A stretch of DNA of 64,000 nt, from the NCBI GenBank assembly GCA_039989895.1, contig JBDXGY010000002.1:117922-181921 (forward strand). Reading direction: 5' to 3'. Below, in pieces: positions 36,785 through 45,747 of the stretch (the stretch's first letter is position 1; each line of letters starts with the position of its first letter). The notes under the pieces were generated by a model. That model was not told the origin of the DNA. It worked only from the letters and a program-made list of their open reading frames with translations, and made no database searches. Both the position numbers and the translations under genes were made by a program. Source of the DNA: Hyphomicrobiales bacterium. Its GTDB lineage: Bacteria; Pseudomonadota; Alphaproteobacteria; Rhizobiales; JACESI01.

Positions 36785-37426
36785 ATGACTCAGATACGCC
36801 AAATACCAGTAGCATTAATCATTTTGTTAGCGCTCACCGCTTATGCATATAGCGATAAAGTCACGTCCACCTACACCAAGTTAAATTTAGATACTGATTG
36901 TATGCTTCTTGATGGGATTACCGAAGAAGAGGCCGAACAGGGCGGGATCTTGCGATGTAAAGGTTACGGCACATATCCTATTTACATCAAATATGGCGAT
37001 CTGCGTGAAAGCGTTCATTTTGGCAATTTAAGCCAGCCGTTCATTGATAGCGCGTGGGAAAGTTTTAATGTCTGGAATTCGGCAAGCACCACATTTGAAT
37101 GGCGCCTTAAAAAGGGCAAACCGATGGCTGTAATTCACCGCGCTTTTCTTGATAACATTGACCCTGAAACGGGTGGGGCAAGTAAGAAATTACAAGGACA
37201 GGTTCTAGTTGTCAGCTCTGTTGCCACTGAAGAAAATAAAGGCATTGGCTGCGTTATTGGTCTTGTTGATGCACGCGCAAACAAAGACGCTAATACATTG
37301 GCCCGCACCATTGCAGATGAAATAGAGATACCCGCCACCTGCACAACAGACGGATCATTGTACCGCGGGACAAGAGGGCCGACGGCTGGCTCAATGAGCC
37401 GCTCATATCCTTATACAAGCCAATAG
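36785..37426 (+). CDS. Hypothetical secreted protein
   Basis: 213-aa ORF from the ATG at 36785 (GGAG upstream) with a signal peptide (IPVALIILLALTAYAYS). No recognisable domain. Confidence 0.5.
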   Translation: MTQIRQIPVALIILLALTAYAYSDKVTSTYTKLNLDTDCMLLDGITEEEAEQGGILRCKGYGTYPIYIKYGDLRESVHFGNLSQPFIDSAWESFNVWNSASTTFEWRLKKGKPMAVIHRAFLDNIDPETGGASKKLQGQVLVVSSVATEENKGIGCVIGLVDARANKDANTLARTIADEIEIPATCTTDGSLYRGTRGPTAGSMSRSYPYTSQ

Positions 37427-37809
37427 AAGAGCCAATTCTAGGAGCCTTTTAGGCCTTCATAAATGATAGAATCATGTGGCCTGTGAATTAATCAATTTTA
37501 TAATGAAAACCACTAAGTGCGCTTAAGTGTCTTGCATATGATAATTTTTTAGGCTTATCATTGGTCATATTTTAGACCATTTCGTTGTGACGGGAGTAAC
37601 GATTTCAAGACGATCTGAAATATTCAGGCCAATATAAATTATCTGAATTAATATAATTCCGATACAAAAGTCATATTATTTGTATAAATTTTATGCACGG
37701 TAGGCGGGAATGTACATTAATTCGAGGTAAAAGTATTAGACTAGTTGGCTTGATCTATTGACTATTACCATAGGCGATTGGATTGCCTTTAATTTCTAGG
37801 GAGGAAAAT

Positions 37810-39117
37810 ATGAAAATTATCCGCAAATGTGCACTGGCTATGGCCTTGTGTGCGACTACTGCTCTATCAGCAAATGCTGGTGAGATTACAATTGCGACTG
37901 TGAATAACGGTCACATGATTGAAATGCAAAAACTCACACCTGAGTTTGAGAAAGCCAATCCAGACATTAAAGTGAACTGGGTTACTTTGGATGAAGGTAC
38001 TTTGCGCAGTCGTGTAACAACAGACATCACCACAAAAGGTGGTCAGTTTGATGTTATGACAATTGGTATGTACGAGGCTCCTATCTGGGGTAAAAACAAC
38101 TGGCTTGTACCGTTGGAATTTGATGCATCTTATGATGTTGATGATATTCTTCCATCAATCCGTGCTGGTTTGAGCTATGATAGCAAATTGTTTGCTGCGC
38201 CATTCTATGGTGAAAGCTCCATGATCATGTACCGCAAGGACTTGGTTGATGCAGCTGGCTTGACCATTACAGATAACCCAACTTGGGATCATATGGAAAA
38301 AGTCGCAGCGGCTCTACACAAGCCAGACGATGGCGTTTTCGGCATCTGCTTGCGTGGTAAGCCTGGTTGGGGCGACAACATGGCGTTCATCACAACTTTG
38401 GCGAACTCATTTGGTGCTCAATGGTTTAATGAAGACTGGACACCAGCTCTTGATAGCCCAGAATGGAATGCAGCAGTTAACTTCTATGTTAACCTGTTGA
38501 CTAAATACGGACCTCCAGGTTCTGAAGGCAACTCTTTCAACGAAATTCTTGCGCTTATCAACGAAGGTAAATGCGGAATTTGGATTGATGCTACAATTGC
38601 TGCGTCTTTTGTAACTGATCCAAAACAGTCGAAAGTTGCTGACAAAATGGCATTTGCACAGTCGCCACAAAAAGCGACAACTAAAGGTGCAAACTGGCTA
38701 TGGGCTTGGTCTTTGGCAATTCCAGCAGGCACTAAGCAGGCCGGTGATGCTAAGAAGTTCATCGAATGGGCTACATCTAAGTCTTACATTGAGCTTGTTG
38801 CTAAAACAAATGGCTGGGCAAGTGTTCCAACTGGTACACGTGTTTCAACATACAGCAATCCTAAATTCCAGGAAGCTGCTACATTTGATGAAGCTGAGTT
38901 GAAGGCTATTTTGTCTGCTAACCCGGAAGATTCAACCTTGAACCCGTCTCCATATGTAGGCGTTCAGTTCGCGGCTATTCCGGAATTCCAGGCAATTGGT
39001 ACTGCTGTTGGTCAGCAAATGACTGCGGCATTGTCTGGTAGTATCTCTGTAGAGGACGCACTTGCTGCTTCTCAGAAAGCTGCTGATCGCGAAATGCGTA
39101 AGGGTGGTTACTACTAA
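37810..39117 (+). CDS. Carbohydrate/polyol ABC transporter substrate-binding protein (sorbitol/mannitol SmoE-like)
   Basis: Start is the ATG at 37810 after GGGAGG. Signal peptide ends ALSANA. Family-1 sugar SBP features. The operon contains a mannitol-dehydrogenase-family gene. Confidence 0.8.
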   Translation: MKIIRKCALAMALCATTALSANAGEITIATVNNGHMIEMQKLTPEFEKANPDIKVNWVTLDEGTLRSRVTTDITTKGGQFDVMTIGMYEAPIWGKNNWLVPLEFDASYDVDDILPSIRAGLSYDSKLFAAPFYGESSMIMYRKDLVDAAGLTITDNPTWDHMEKVAAALHKPDDGVFGICLRGKPGWGDNMAFITTLANSFGAQWFNEDWTPALDSPEWNAAVNFYVNLLTKYGPPGSEGNSFNEILALINEGKCGIWIDATIAASFVTDPKQSKVADKMAFAQSPQKATTKGANWLWAWSLAIPAGTKQAGDAKKFIEWATSKSYIELVAKTNGWASVPTGTRVSTYSNPKFQEAATFDEAELKAILSANPEDSTLNPSPYVGVQFAAIPEFQAIGTAVGQQMTAALSGSISVEDALAASQKAADREMRKGGYY

Positions 39118-39133
39118 GACCTCCCAAGAGACG

Positions 39134-39167
39134 GAGATTCGCTCCTGTTTATTCAGGAGCGAATCTC
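39134..39167 (+). promoter_or_regulatory. Intercistronic 14-bp perfect stem-loop between the SBP and permease genes
   Basis: gagattcgctcctg tttatt caggagcgaatctc. This position is typical of the attenuator/mRNA-stabiliser hairpins that raise SBP:permease expression ratios. Confidence 0.6.
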
Positions 39168-39210
39168 ACACTATTTCATATTTATTTTTATTTCAGAAAA
39201 GTGAATTGCG

Positions 39211-40071
39211 ATGAACCCGACACTCGCTAAATGGCTTCAGGCGCCCAGTGTAATATTATTGTTACTGTGGATGATAGTGCCGTTATCGATGACGATATAT
39301 TTTTCGACCATTCGATACCATCTCCTCTATCAAGATCGAACTGGCTTTATTGGATTATCTAACTACGAATTCTTTTATACGGACCCCTCATTCTGGCCCG
39401 CTATTCTCAACACACTCATTTTGGTTGGTTCAGTCTTATTGATATCGGTTGTTTTGGGGCTTGCGATCTCTCTTCTCATCAATCACGACTTTTTTGGTAG
39501 GGGTATAGTTCGGGTCTTGTTGATATCTCCATTTTTCATCATGCCGACAGTCAATGCGTTAGTATGGAAAAACATGCTGATGAACCCGATATACGGTTTG
39601 TTTGCCTTTATTTCGACTTCGTTTGGCTTAGATCCCATAGATTGGCTTTCTGATTTTCCTCTGTTTTCCATTATTATTATTGTTAGTTGGCAGTGGACAC
39701 CTTTTGCGATCCTTATTTTCATGACGTCATTGCAAAGTCAGGATAGAGAGCAAAAAGAAGCTGCCACGCTTGATGGGGCTGGATTCTGGGCTCAGTTCTT
39801 CAATTTAACCATTCCGCATTTGGCGCGGCCTATTGCTATTGTGATTATGATCCAGATGATTTTCCATCTGTCTATTTTTGCAGAGATCTTTGTTACGACA
39901 TCTGGTGGGCCAGGGGTTCAATCAACCAACTTGGCATTCTTGATCTTTACTCAGGCCCTGCAAGGCTTTGATGTTGGTGTTGCTTCTGCAGGTGGTGTGT
40001 TCGCGATCATACTTGCAAATATTGTGGCGATATTCCTTATCCGAATTGTTGGAAAGAGTTTGACGGTGTAA
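39211..40071 (+). CDS. Sugar ABC transporter permease (SmoF-like)
   Basis: 286-aa polytopic ORF with an EAA loop (EAATLDGAGFWAQFFNLTIPHL). Confidence 0.85.
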   Translation: MNPTLAKWLQAPSVILLLLWMIVPLSMTIYFSTIRYHLLYQDRTGFIGLSNYEFFYTDPSFWPAILNTLILVGSVLLISVVLGLAISLLINHDFFGRGIVRVLLISPFFIMPTVNALVWKNMLMNPIYGLFAFISTSFGLDPIDWLSDFPLFSIIIIVSWQWTPFAILIFMTSLQSQDREQKEAATLDGAGFWAQFFNLTIPHLARPIAIVIMIQMIFHLSIFAEIFVTTSGGPGVQSTNLAFLIFTQALQGFDVGVASAGGVFAIILANIVAIFLIRIVGKSLTV

Positions 40072-40073
40072 TC

Positions 40074-40904
40074 ATGACAGATAGACAAAAAAAGCAATTT
40101 TTAAACAACCTTTCAACTTTCGGTGCTTGGACTGTAGCAATACTCTTCTTCTTTCCTATATTTTGGATGTTTTTGACGAGCTTCAAGTCGGAGCTTCAAG
40201 CTATTGCTGTGCCACCTTTGTTCGTGTTTGAGCCAACAGTAGAAAATTACGTATTAGTTGAAGAACGTACTGATTACCTTAAGTTTGCATGGAATTCGGT
40301 TGTAACGAGTATTGGTGGAACTCTTCTTGCCATGCTGATTGCAATACCGTCGGCCTATGCAATGGCATTCAACACGACGCGCTGGACAAAAGACATTTTG
40401 CTATGGATGCTATCCACAAAAATGCTGCCAGCTGTTGGTGTTTTGCTGCCGATCTATTTGATTTGCCAAAAGTTTGGACTTCTCGATACAAAAACCGCGC
40501 TGGTGGTCATTTATGCTATGATTAACCTGCCTATTATAATGTTGATCCTCTTCAATTATTTCAAAGAGATTCCAAAAGAGATTTTGGAAGCAAGCCGTAT
40601 GGATGGCGCTTCAACCTATGGTGAAATCACTCAGGTTGTTATGCCTTTGGCTTGGGGTGGTATTGCTTCCACCGCTTTGTTGTCGGTTGTTCTGTTATGG
40701 AATGAAGCCTTTTGGTCCATCAATTTGACCTCATCAAATGCAGGAACGCTTGTGGCGCTTGTTGCTTCATTCTCAAGTCCTGAGGGCTTGTTCTGGGCGA
40801 AGTTGTCAGCAGTTTCGACGCTGGCTTGTGCCCCAATTGTTATCTTCGGTTGGCTGACGCAAAAGCAGTTGGTTCAAGGTTTGACATTCGGTGCGGTAAA
40901 ATGA
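40074..40904 (+). CDS. Sugar ABC transporter permease (SmoG-like)
   Basis: 276-aa polytopic ORF with an EAA loop (EASRMDGASTYGEITQVVMPL). Confidence 0.85.
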   Translation: MTDRQKKQFLNNLSTFGAWTVAILFFFPIFWMFLTSFKSELQAIAVPPLFVFEPTVENYVLVEERTDYLKFAWNSVVTSIGGTLLAMLIAIPSAYAMAFNTTRWTKDILLWMLSTKMLPAVGVLLPIYLICQKFGLLDTKTALVVIYAMINLPIIMLILFNYFKEIPKEILEASRMDGASTYGEITQVVMPLAWGGIASTALLSVVLLWNEAFWSINLTSSNAGTLVALVASFSSPEGLFWAKLSAVSTLACAPIVIFGWLTQKQLVQGLTFGAVK

Positions 40905-41107
40905 TTTCGGGTGCGGCTCCAACGGATTTGTCCGGTAAGCGCTGTTTTATCACCGGTGCCAATGGCGACGCCTGTGAAGCCGTTCCTCTAGGCTATATGG
41001 GTAAACCCGCGGAAGTCGCGCGGGTTACCGCGTTTCTCGCATACGAGCAGTCTCAATACATCACCGCTCAAATTTTGAGTGTGGATGGTGGCAATGTGTT
41101 GAGGTAG
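40901..41107 (+). pseudogene. Remnant of a short-chain dehydrogenase (sorbitol-dehydrogenase position) with a large internal in-frame deletion
   Basis: The 68-codon ORF joins an SDR N-terminus (DLSGKRCFITGA) directly to an SDR C-terminus (PLGYMGKPAEVARVTAFLAYEQSQYITAQILSVDGGNVL). About 190 aa, including the catalytic YxxxK, is missing. Its ATG overlaps the upstream stop (ATGA). Confidence 0.7.
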
Positions 41108-41110
41108 TCG

Positions 41111-42007
41111 ATGTCAATAATCCAACCCGAGTTTGAGTATGTTGACCGTGCGACCGAGACGATACGCTATCTTCAGCATGGCTGGCCGACTGATCTGTGC
41201 CGTTGGCATAGTCACGCAGAATATGAACTGCATCTTGTCGTCGAGACGCGAGGCAAGACCTTTGTCGGTGATTACATAGGCGAATTTATACCGGGATCTT
41301 TATATCTAATCGGACCTTATGTTCCTCATAATTGGACGACAGATGAAGTTGCTCATCCTGAGCCGGTCGAAATGCGCGATATGCTGGTTCAATTCAGCCA
41401 AGAAAGTCTTGATCAACTCTCAAAAGCATTTCCTGAGTTCAAAGAGATGGATGAGATGTTTGAACTGGCTAAATCGGGGGTTGAATTTACTGGCTTTAAC
41501 CCAACATTTGCTCGTGGTCATTTTGAACGTATCAGAAGCACTAAAGGCGCAGAACGCATAGCCGCTTTCCTTAGATTCCTTGTGCGTGTGAATGAGCATG
41601 CGGAAAAAAGACCTTTGTCTTTTGCTGGCATGATCCAACCTGAAGGTACATCCAAACAAGCGCGTATTGCCAATGTGATCGATTATATCACGGAGCATTA
41701 CGCAGAAGATATTTCGGTGACACTTGCTGCCGATATGGCCGGTATGAGTGCAGCGGCTTTTTCAAGAAACTTTCAAAGAGTGACGGGCAATAAATTCGTT
41801 GAATTTGTCAATCGTGTTCGTATCAGCCAAGCCTGTTCGATGCTCTATTCAACTGACGACCAAATTTCGACGATATGTTTTGCTGTTGGTTTTCAAAACC
41901 TAGCTAACTTTAACCGTCATTTCTTAAAAACAAAAAAAGTCACACCTACCCAGTACCGTGATCTGGCACTTAGTGAGTTGGCACCAAAAAATCAGGTAAG
42001 CGCATGA
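41111..42007 (+). CDS. AraC family transcriptional regulator with N-terminal cupin-like domain
   Basis: 298-aa ORF with a C-terminal double HTH (MSAAAFSRNFQRVTGNKFVEFVNRVRISQACSML...NFNRHFLK). Confidence 0.85.
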   Translation: MSIIQPEFEYVDRATETIRYLQHGWPTDLCRWHSHAEYELHLVVETRGKTFVGDYIGEFIPGSLYLIGPYVPHNWTTDEVAHPEPVEMRDMLVQFSQESLDQLSKAFPEFKEMDEMFELAKSGVEFTGFNPTFARGHFERIRSTKGAERIAAFLRFLVRVNEHAEKRPLSFAGMIQPEGTSKQARIANVIDYITEHYAEDISVTLAADMAGMSAAAFSRNFQRVTGNKFVEFVNRVRISQACSMLYSTDDQISTICFAVGFQNLANFNRHFLKTKKVTPTQYRDLALSELAPKNQVSA

Positions 42008-43437
42008 TGCTGGCATCCATCAGTCAAAACAATGAGGCGCTATACGCGACCAATTATGATCGGGCGAAGTGCGACATTGGCGTTGTGCATCTGGGTTATG
42101 GCGGATTCCATAGAGCACATCAGGCGGTTTATATTGATGACTATATGCAGTGCACTAACGATTTGCGATGGGGTATCGCTGCGGTTAATTTGAGGGCTTC
42201 TGAAGCGGGCTCTTTTGAGCAAGTACAAAAAGTTGAAAATGGATATTTACTAACGACAACAACTCCTGATGATGTGAGAGAGATGCGCCTAGTCAGGTCA
42301 CATTGTCAATTTTTGGATTGGTCAAAAAATGCCATAGAGGCAGAAAATATCGTCGCGCGATCATCCGTTAATATGATTACGATTACAGTGACCGAAAGCG
42401 GTTATTATCTCAATGATGATGCCACTTTGAATATAGATGATCCAATCATTGCCAAGGAAATTGAAGGTATTAGCCAACAATCGATTTATGCTTATCTGTC
42501 ACTTGCCTTGCGTGCGCGGTATCAAGCAAATGGTTTGCCGATTAACATCTTGTGCTGCGATAATATCCGCTCGAATGGCAAGATGCTGGAACGTAACTTC
42601 AAGAAATACCTTGAGGTTACGGGTGAACATGATCTGCTTGGCTGGATAGACGAGAATGCTTGTTTTCCCTGTTCTATGGTTGACCGGATCACACCGCGCA
42701 CCAGTGAGGCTTTATCTCAGGAAATAACTGAACTTTTCGGAGCTGTCGGCCTCAATTCAATCAACAGCGAATCTTTTAAACAATGGGTAGTTGAAGATAA
42801 CTTCAAAGCAGTAATGCCTGATTTGCCTAAGGTTGGCACTGAGTTTGTTGCTGATGTTGATCCTTATGAAGAGGCTAAAATTCGTATTCTCAATGGTGGG
42901 CATACAGGCATTTGTTATCTTGGAGCCCTTGCGGGTCACAAAACATTTGATCAGGCGATTCGTGACCCGTCGCTAAAAGCTTTTTTTGATAATTTTCAAA
43001 CAAAAGAAGTTTTGCCTGGTCTTGATCTCTCATTGCCTTTTAATAAGAGTGATTACCTTCTTGATGTTGTTGACCGCTTTTCAAATAGGGCAATAGCAGA
43101 TCAGTTGGAACGGATATGTATGGATGGGTATTCTAAAATACCCATTTATATTCGTCCAACGCTGGAATCTTGTTTGCGGCAAAATATAGTACCAAAATAT
43201 TGTTATGAATGTATTGCAAGTTGGTATGTATATGCACGTCATTTTGCTGCGGGAAAGATGCCAATTGACTACCAAGAACCCTACTGGGATCAGCTCGAGC
43301 CTCTATTGGCTATGGGAGCTGAAGAAGACTTTGCGCGCAACAAACAATTATGGGCGGATCTTCCAGAACAATACTCAAATTTTATAGATAATCTTGTTTC
43401 AGCTATTAAGGAAATGGACGACAAATGGCAGGTTTAA
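42004..43437 (+). CDS. Mannitol dehydrogenase family protein (mannitol 2-dehydrogenase / D-arabinitol 4-dehydrogenase-like)
   Basis: 477-aa ORF: VHLGYGGFHRAHQAVY, FPCSMVDRITP, ILNGGHTGICYLG. Confidence 0.85.
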   Translation: MMLASISQNNEALYATNYDRAKCDIGVVHLGYGGFHRAHQAVYIDDYMQCTNDLRWGIAAVNLRASEAGSFEQVQKVENGYLLTTTTPDDVREMRLVRSHCQFLDWSKNAIEAENIVARSSVNMITITVTESGYYLNDDATLNIDDPIIAKEIEGISQQSIYAYLSLALRARYQANGLPINILCCDNIRSNGKMLERNFKKYLEVTGEHDLLGWIDENACFPCSMVDRITPRTSEALSQEITELFGAVGLNSINSESFKQWVVEDNFKAVMPDLPKVGTEFVADVDPYEEAKIRILNGGHTGICYLGALAGHKTFDQAIRDPSLKAFFDNFQTKEVLPGLDLSLPFNKSDYLLDVVDRFSNRAIADQLERICMDGYSKIPIYIRPTLESCLRQNIVPKYCYECIASWYVYARHFAAGKMPIDYQEPYWDQLEPLLAMGAEEDFARNKQLWADLPEQYSNFIDNLVSAIKEMDDKWQV

Positions 43438-44480
43438 CAATTAAAAATGTATCCAAATCATATGGTGATACAAAAGTAATGCATGGTGTCGATATAGATA
43501 TTGAGGACGGTGAATTTGTCGTCTTTGTTGGCCCCTCAGGTTGTGGTAAATCCACATTGCTCCGCATGGTAGCAGGCCTAGAGGATATCTCAGGTGGTGA
43601 AATATCCATCGGGGACCGTGTTGTAAATGATGTGGGACCATCCAAGCGTGGTGTTGCTATGGTGTTCCAGACCTATGCGCTTTATCCGCATATGACAGTA
43701 TATAACAATATGGCTTTTGGTTTGAAACAGATCAAAACCCCGCCAGATGAAATCGAGCGTCGGGTTAATGAGGCTGCTAAAATTCTGCATATTGAAGATT
43801 ACCTGGAGCGTACACCGCGTGCTCTGTCCGGTGGTCAGCGCCAAAGGGTTGCAATTGGTCGTGCTATTGTCCGTGAACCAGAAGTTTTCCTTTTTGATGA
43901 ACCTTTATCCAACCTTGATGCCGCACTGCGCGGACAAACAAGGCTTGAAATAGCTCGTCTGCATGAGCGTCTTGACGCGACCATGATTTATGTGACCCAT
44001 GATCAGGTTGAAGCGATGACATTGGCTGATAAGATTGTTGTCCTTCGCGACGGATTGGTCGAGCAAATTGGTGCGCCGATGGATTTATACAACATGCCAG
44101 CCAATCTATTCGTTGCCAAGTTTATTGGTAGCCCTGCAATGAATATGTTTGAGGTTAAGGCATCGGCTAAGGGAATTTCATTGGGTGGAACAAAAACCCT
44201 TTCCAAACCGAAAGGTGGTTCTTCTGATGAAATGTATGTTGGCTTGCGCCCAGAACATCTGACGGCTTGCGATAAGAAAGATTCAATTATTAGCGCTAAA
44301 CTTGATTTGGTTGAAAAACTTGGCGACCATATCATCGCGCATATGGTTACAGATGATGGCGTTGATTTTATTGCTAAGGCAGAATCTTTCTCATCAACGA
44401 AACGGGGCACTCAACTTCATTTCAAGGCGGCACAAGATAGAGTGCATTTCTTTGATAAGAAAACTGAACAGCGTCTTTAA
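43425..44480 (+). CDS. Sugar ABC transporter ATP-binding protein (MalK/UgpC/SmoK-like)
   Basis: 351-aa ORF: GPSGCGKST, LSGGQRQRVAIGRA, FLFDEPLSNLD, and a C-terminal TOBE-like region. Confidence 0.9.
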   Translation: MAGLTIKNVSKSYGDTKVMHGVDIDIEDGEFVVFVGPSGCGKSTLLRMVAGLEDISGGEISIGDRVVNDVGPSKRGVAMVFQTYALYPHMTVYNNMAFGLKQIKTPPDEIERRVNEAAKILHIEDYLERTPRALSGGQRQRVAIGRAIVREPEVFLFDEPLSNLDAALRGQTRLEIARLHERLDATMIYVTHDQVEAMTLADKIVVLRDGLVEQIGAPMDLYNMPANLFVAKFIGSPAMNMFEVKASAKGISLGGTKTLSKPKGGSSDEMYVGLRPEHLTACDKKDSIISAKLDLVEKLGDHIIAHMVTDDGVDFIAKAESFSSTKRGTQLHFKAAQDRVHFFDKKTEQRL

Positions 44481-44684
44481 TAAAAGACGTCGTTCTTAAT
44501 ACTCAAAGTCTCCGGCTGACATATAGTCAGGCTATATTATGGTTCACGTCGAAACTATTTTGATTAGTTTTAACGTGGACCATGTTTGCTTTTGCGACAT
44601 ACAGTTGAAAACTGCCTAAGAAATAAGCACCTTGTGCCCAATATTTTGCATTGCACAATTTATCTGCATGGGTGAAATTGTGCC

Positions 44685-45275
44685 ATGCTATCAAAGAGCC
44701 TTACCATTCTCATTATTGATTCTGATTCTGTCCGCAGTGCTGTCATTGAAGCTGGCCTACGTGAGGCTGGCTATGAGCAGTTAGTTATTGCGAATAATAT
44801 GGCTGGCGTTGCCAAACTGATAGATACTGTGAAGCCCGATGTTATTGTGATTGATCTTGGCAATCCAAATAGGGATATGCTGGAAAACACGTTTCAACTC
44901 TCCCGCGCGGTAAAAAAACCAATTGCCATGTTCGTGGACAATACGAACGAAGCCACAACGGAAGCTGCGATTGAAGCCGGCGTCTCGGCTTATATCATTG
45001 ATGGGCTGAGGAAAGAACGCGTCACACCTATATTAGAGATGGCGATTAGTCGTTTTAATGCTTATTCTCGCATGGCTCGAGAACTGGAAGATGCGCGTTC
45101 TGCATTGGAAGAACGCAAAGTGATTGACCGTGCTAAAGGCATTGTTATGACCACTAAAGGGTTGAGCGAAGATGAGGCCTATGCCTTGATGCGCAAGACC
45201 GCGATGAACCAAAATCGCAAACTTCACGAGGTCGCTGAAGGTTTGGTTATGGCGAAAAATTTGTTGGCGCCATAG
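44685..45275 (+). CDS. nasT: ANTAR-domain response regulator (nitrate assimilation antiterminator NasT-type)
   Basis: 196-aa ORF. The receiver-like N-terminus is followed by an ANTAR region (LEERKVIDRAKGIVMTTKGLSEDEAYALMRKTAMNQNRKLHEVAE). Sits upstream of nrt/nir/nas genes. Confidence 0.85.
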   Translation: MLSKSLTILIIDSDSVRSAVIEAGLREAGYEQLVIANNMAGVAKLIDTVKPDVIVIDLGNPNRDMLENTFQLSRAVKKPIAMFVDNTNEATTEAAIEAGVSAYIIDGLRKERVTPILEMAISRFNAYSRMARELEDARSALEERKVIDRAKGIVMTTKGLSEDEAYALMRKTAMNQNRKLHEVAEGLVMAKNLLAP

Positions 45276-45563
45276 GAATATGAGTCCGTTGAACGAGCAA
45301 ATAGCCGTTGCGATTATATGTCTCTTTATATCATCTGTAAGCGCTTAAGCTTTGCTGGATAATATCACGCGGTAATTTTTTCTGGCTATTGGATGTTTAT
45401 ACAAAGTGTTTTGCCAAATAGATATTATATGCACCGCACAATAAATCAGCACAGCTATTATGCCTGCCTATAAAGCAGTCAAATTCAAAAATAAGAATAT
45501 TGAGAAATAATATTATTTCAATAATAGCTATTTATTTCAATGCCTTATCTAATTTTTTCAAAC

Positions 45564-45579
45564 TGGCACAATGATTGCA
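45564..45579 (+). promoter_or_regulatory. Sigma-54 (-24/-12) promoter upstream of nrtA
   Basis: TGGCAC aatga TTGCA is an exact match to the TGGCAC-N5-TTGCA consensus, ~170 nt upstream of the nrtA ATG. Confidence 0.7.
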
Positions 45580-45615
45580 ACATTTTATTAAGCTTTTATC
45601 GAAGCCCTTACAACT

Positions 45616-45710
45616 TTTGCCTAATGACGGGCAAATCATAAGCGCAGCCGCTTTTACGTTCCTTTGCCACCTCCCTCTCTTTGGCATCAGGGCGCAAAAG
45701 CGGCTTTTTT
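45616..45710 (+). promoter_or_regulatory. nrtA leader with ANTAR-type hairpins overlapping an intrinsic terminator
   Basis: Hairpin 1: tttgcct/gggcaaa with hexaloop AATGAC (A1, G4), at 45616-45635. Hairpin 2: aagcg cagc cgctt, at 45640-45653. Long imperfect hairpin gccgctttt ... aaaagcggc (45647-45704) followed by TTTTTT. The 5' arm of the terminator overlaps hairpin 2. Confidence 0.55.
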
Positions 45711-45747
45711 AGTGCAGTTCATGCTGCCGTAAATAGGAGTACACAGG

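Noticed and set aside
40826-41107. Track ORF of 93 aa starting inside the permease gene.
   Set aside because: The upstream 25 codons overlap the permease gene in another frame. The ATG at 40901, coupled to the permease stop, is the plausible start of the SDR remnant.
44541-44581. Long imperfect hairpin ggttcacgt...acgtggacc downstream of the sugar ABC ATPase gene.
   Set aside because: Probably just the operon terminator. There is no clear U-tract and nothing unusual, so it is not reported as a feature.
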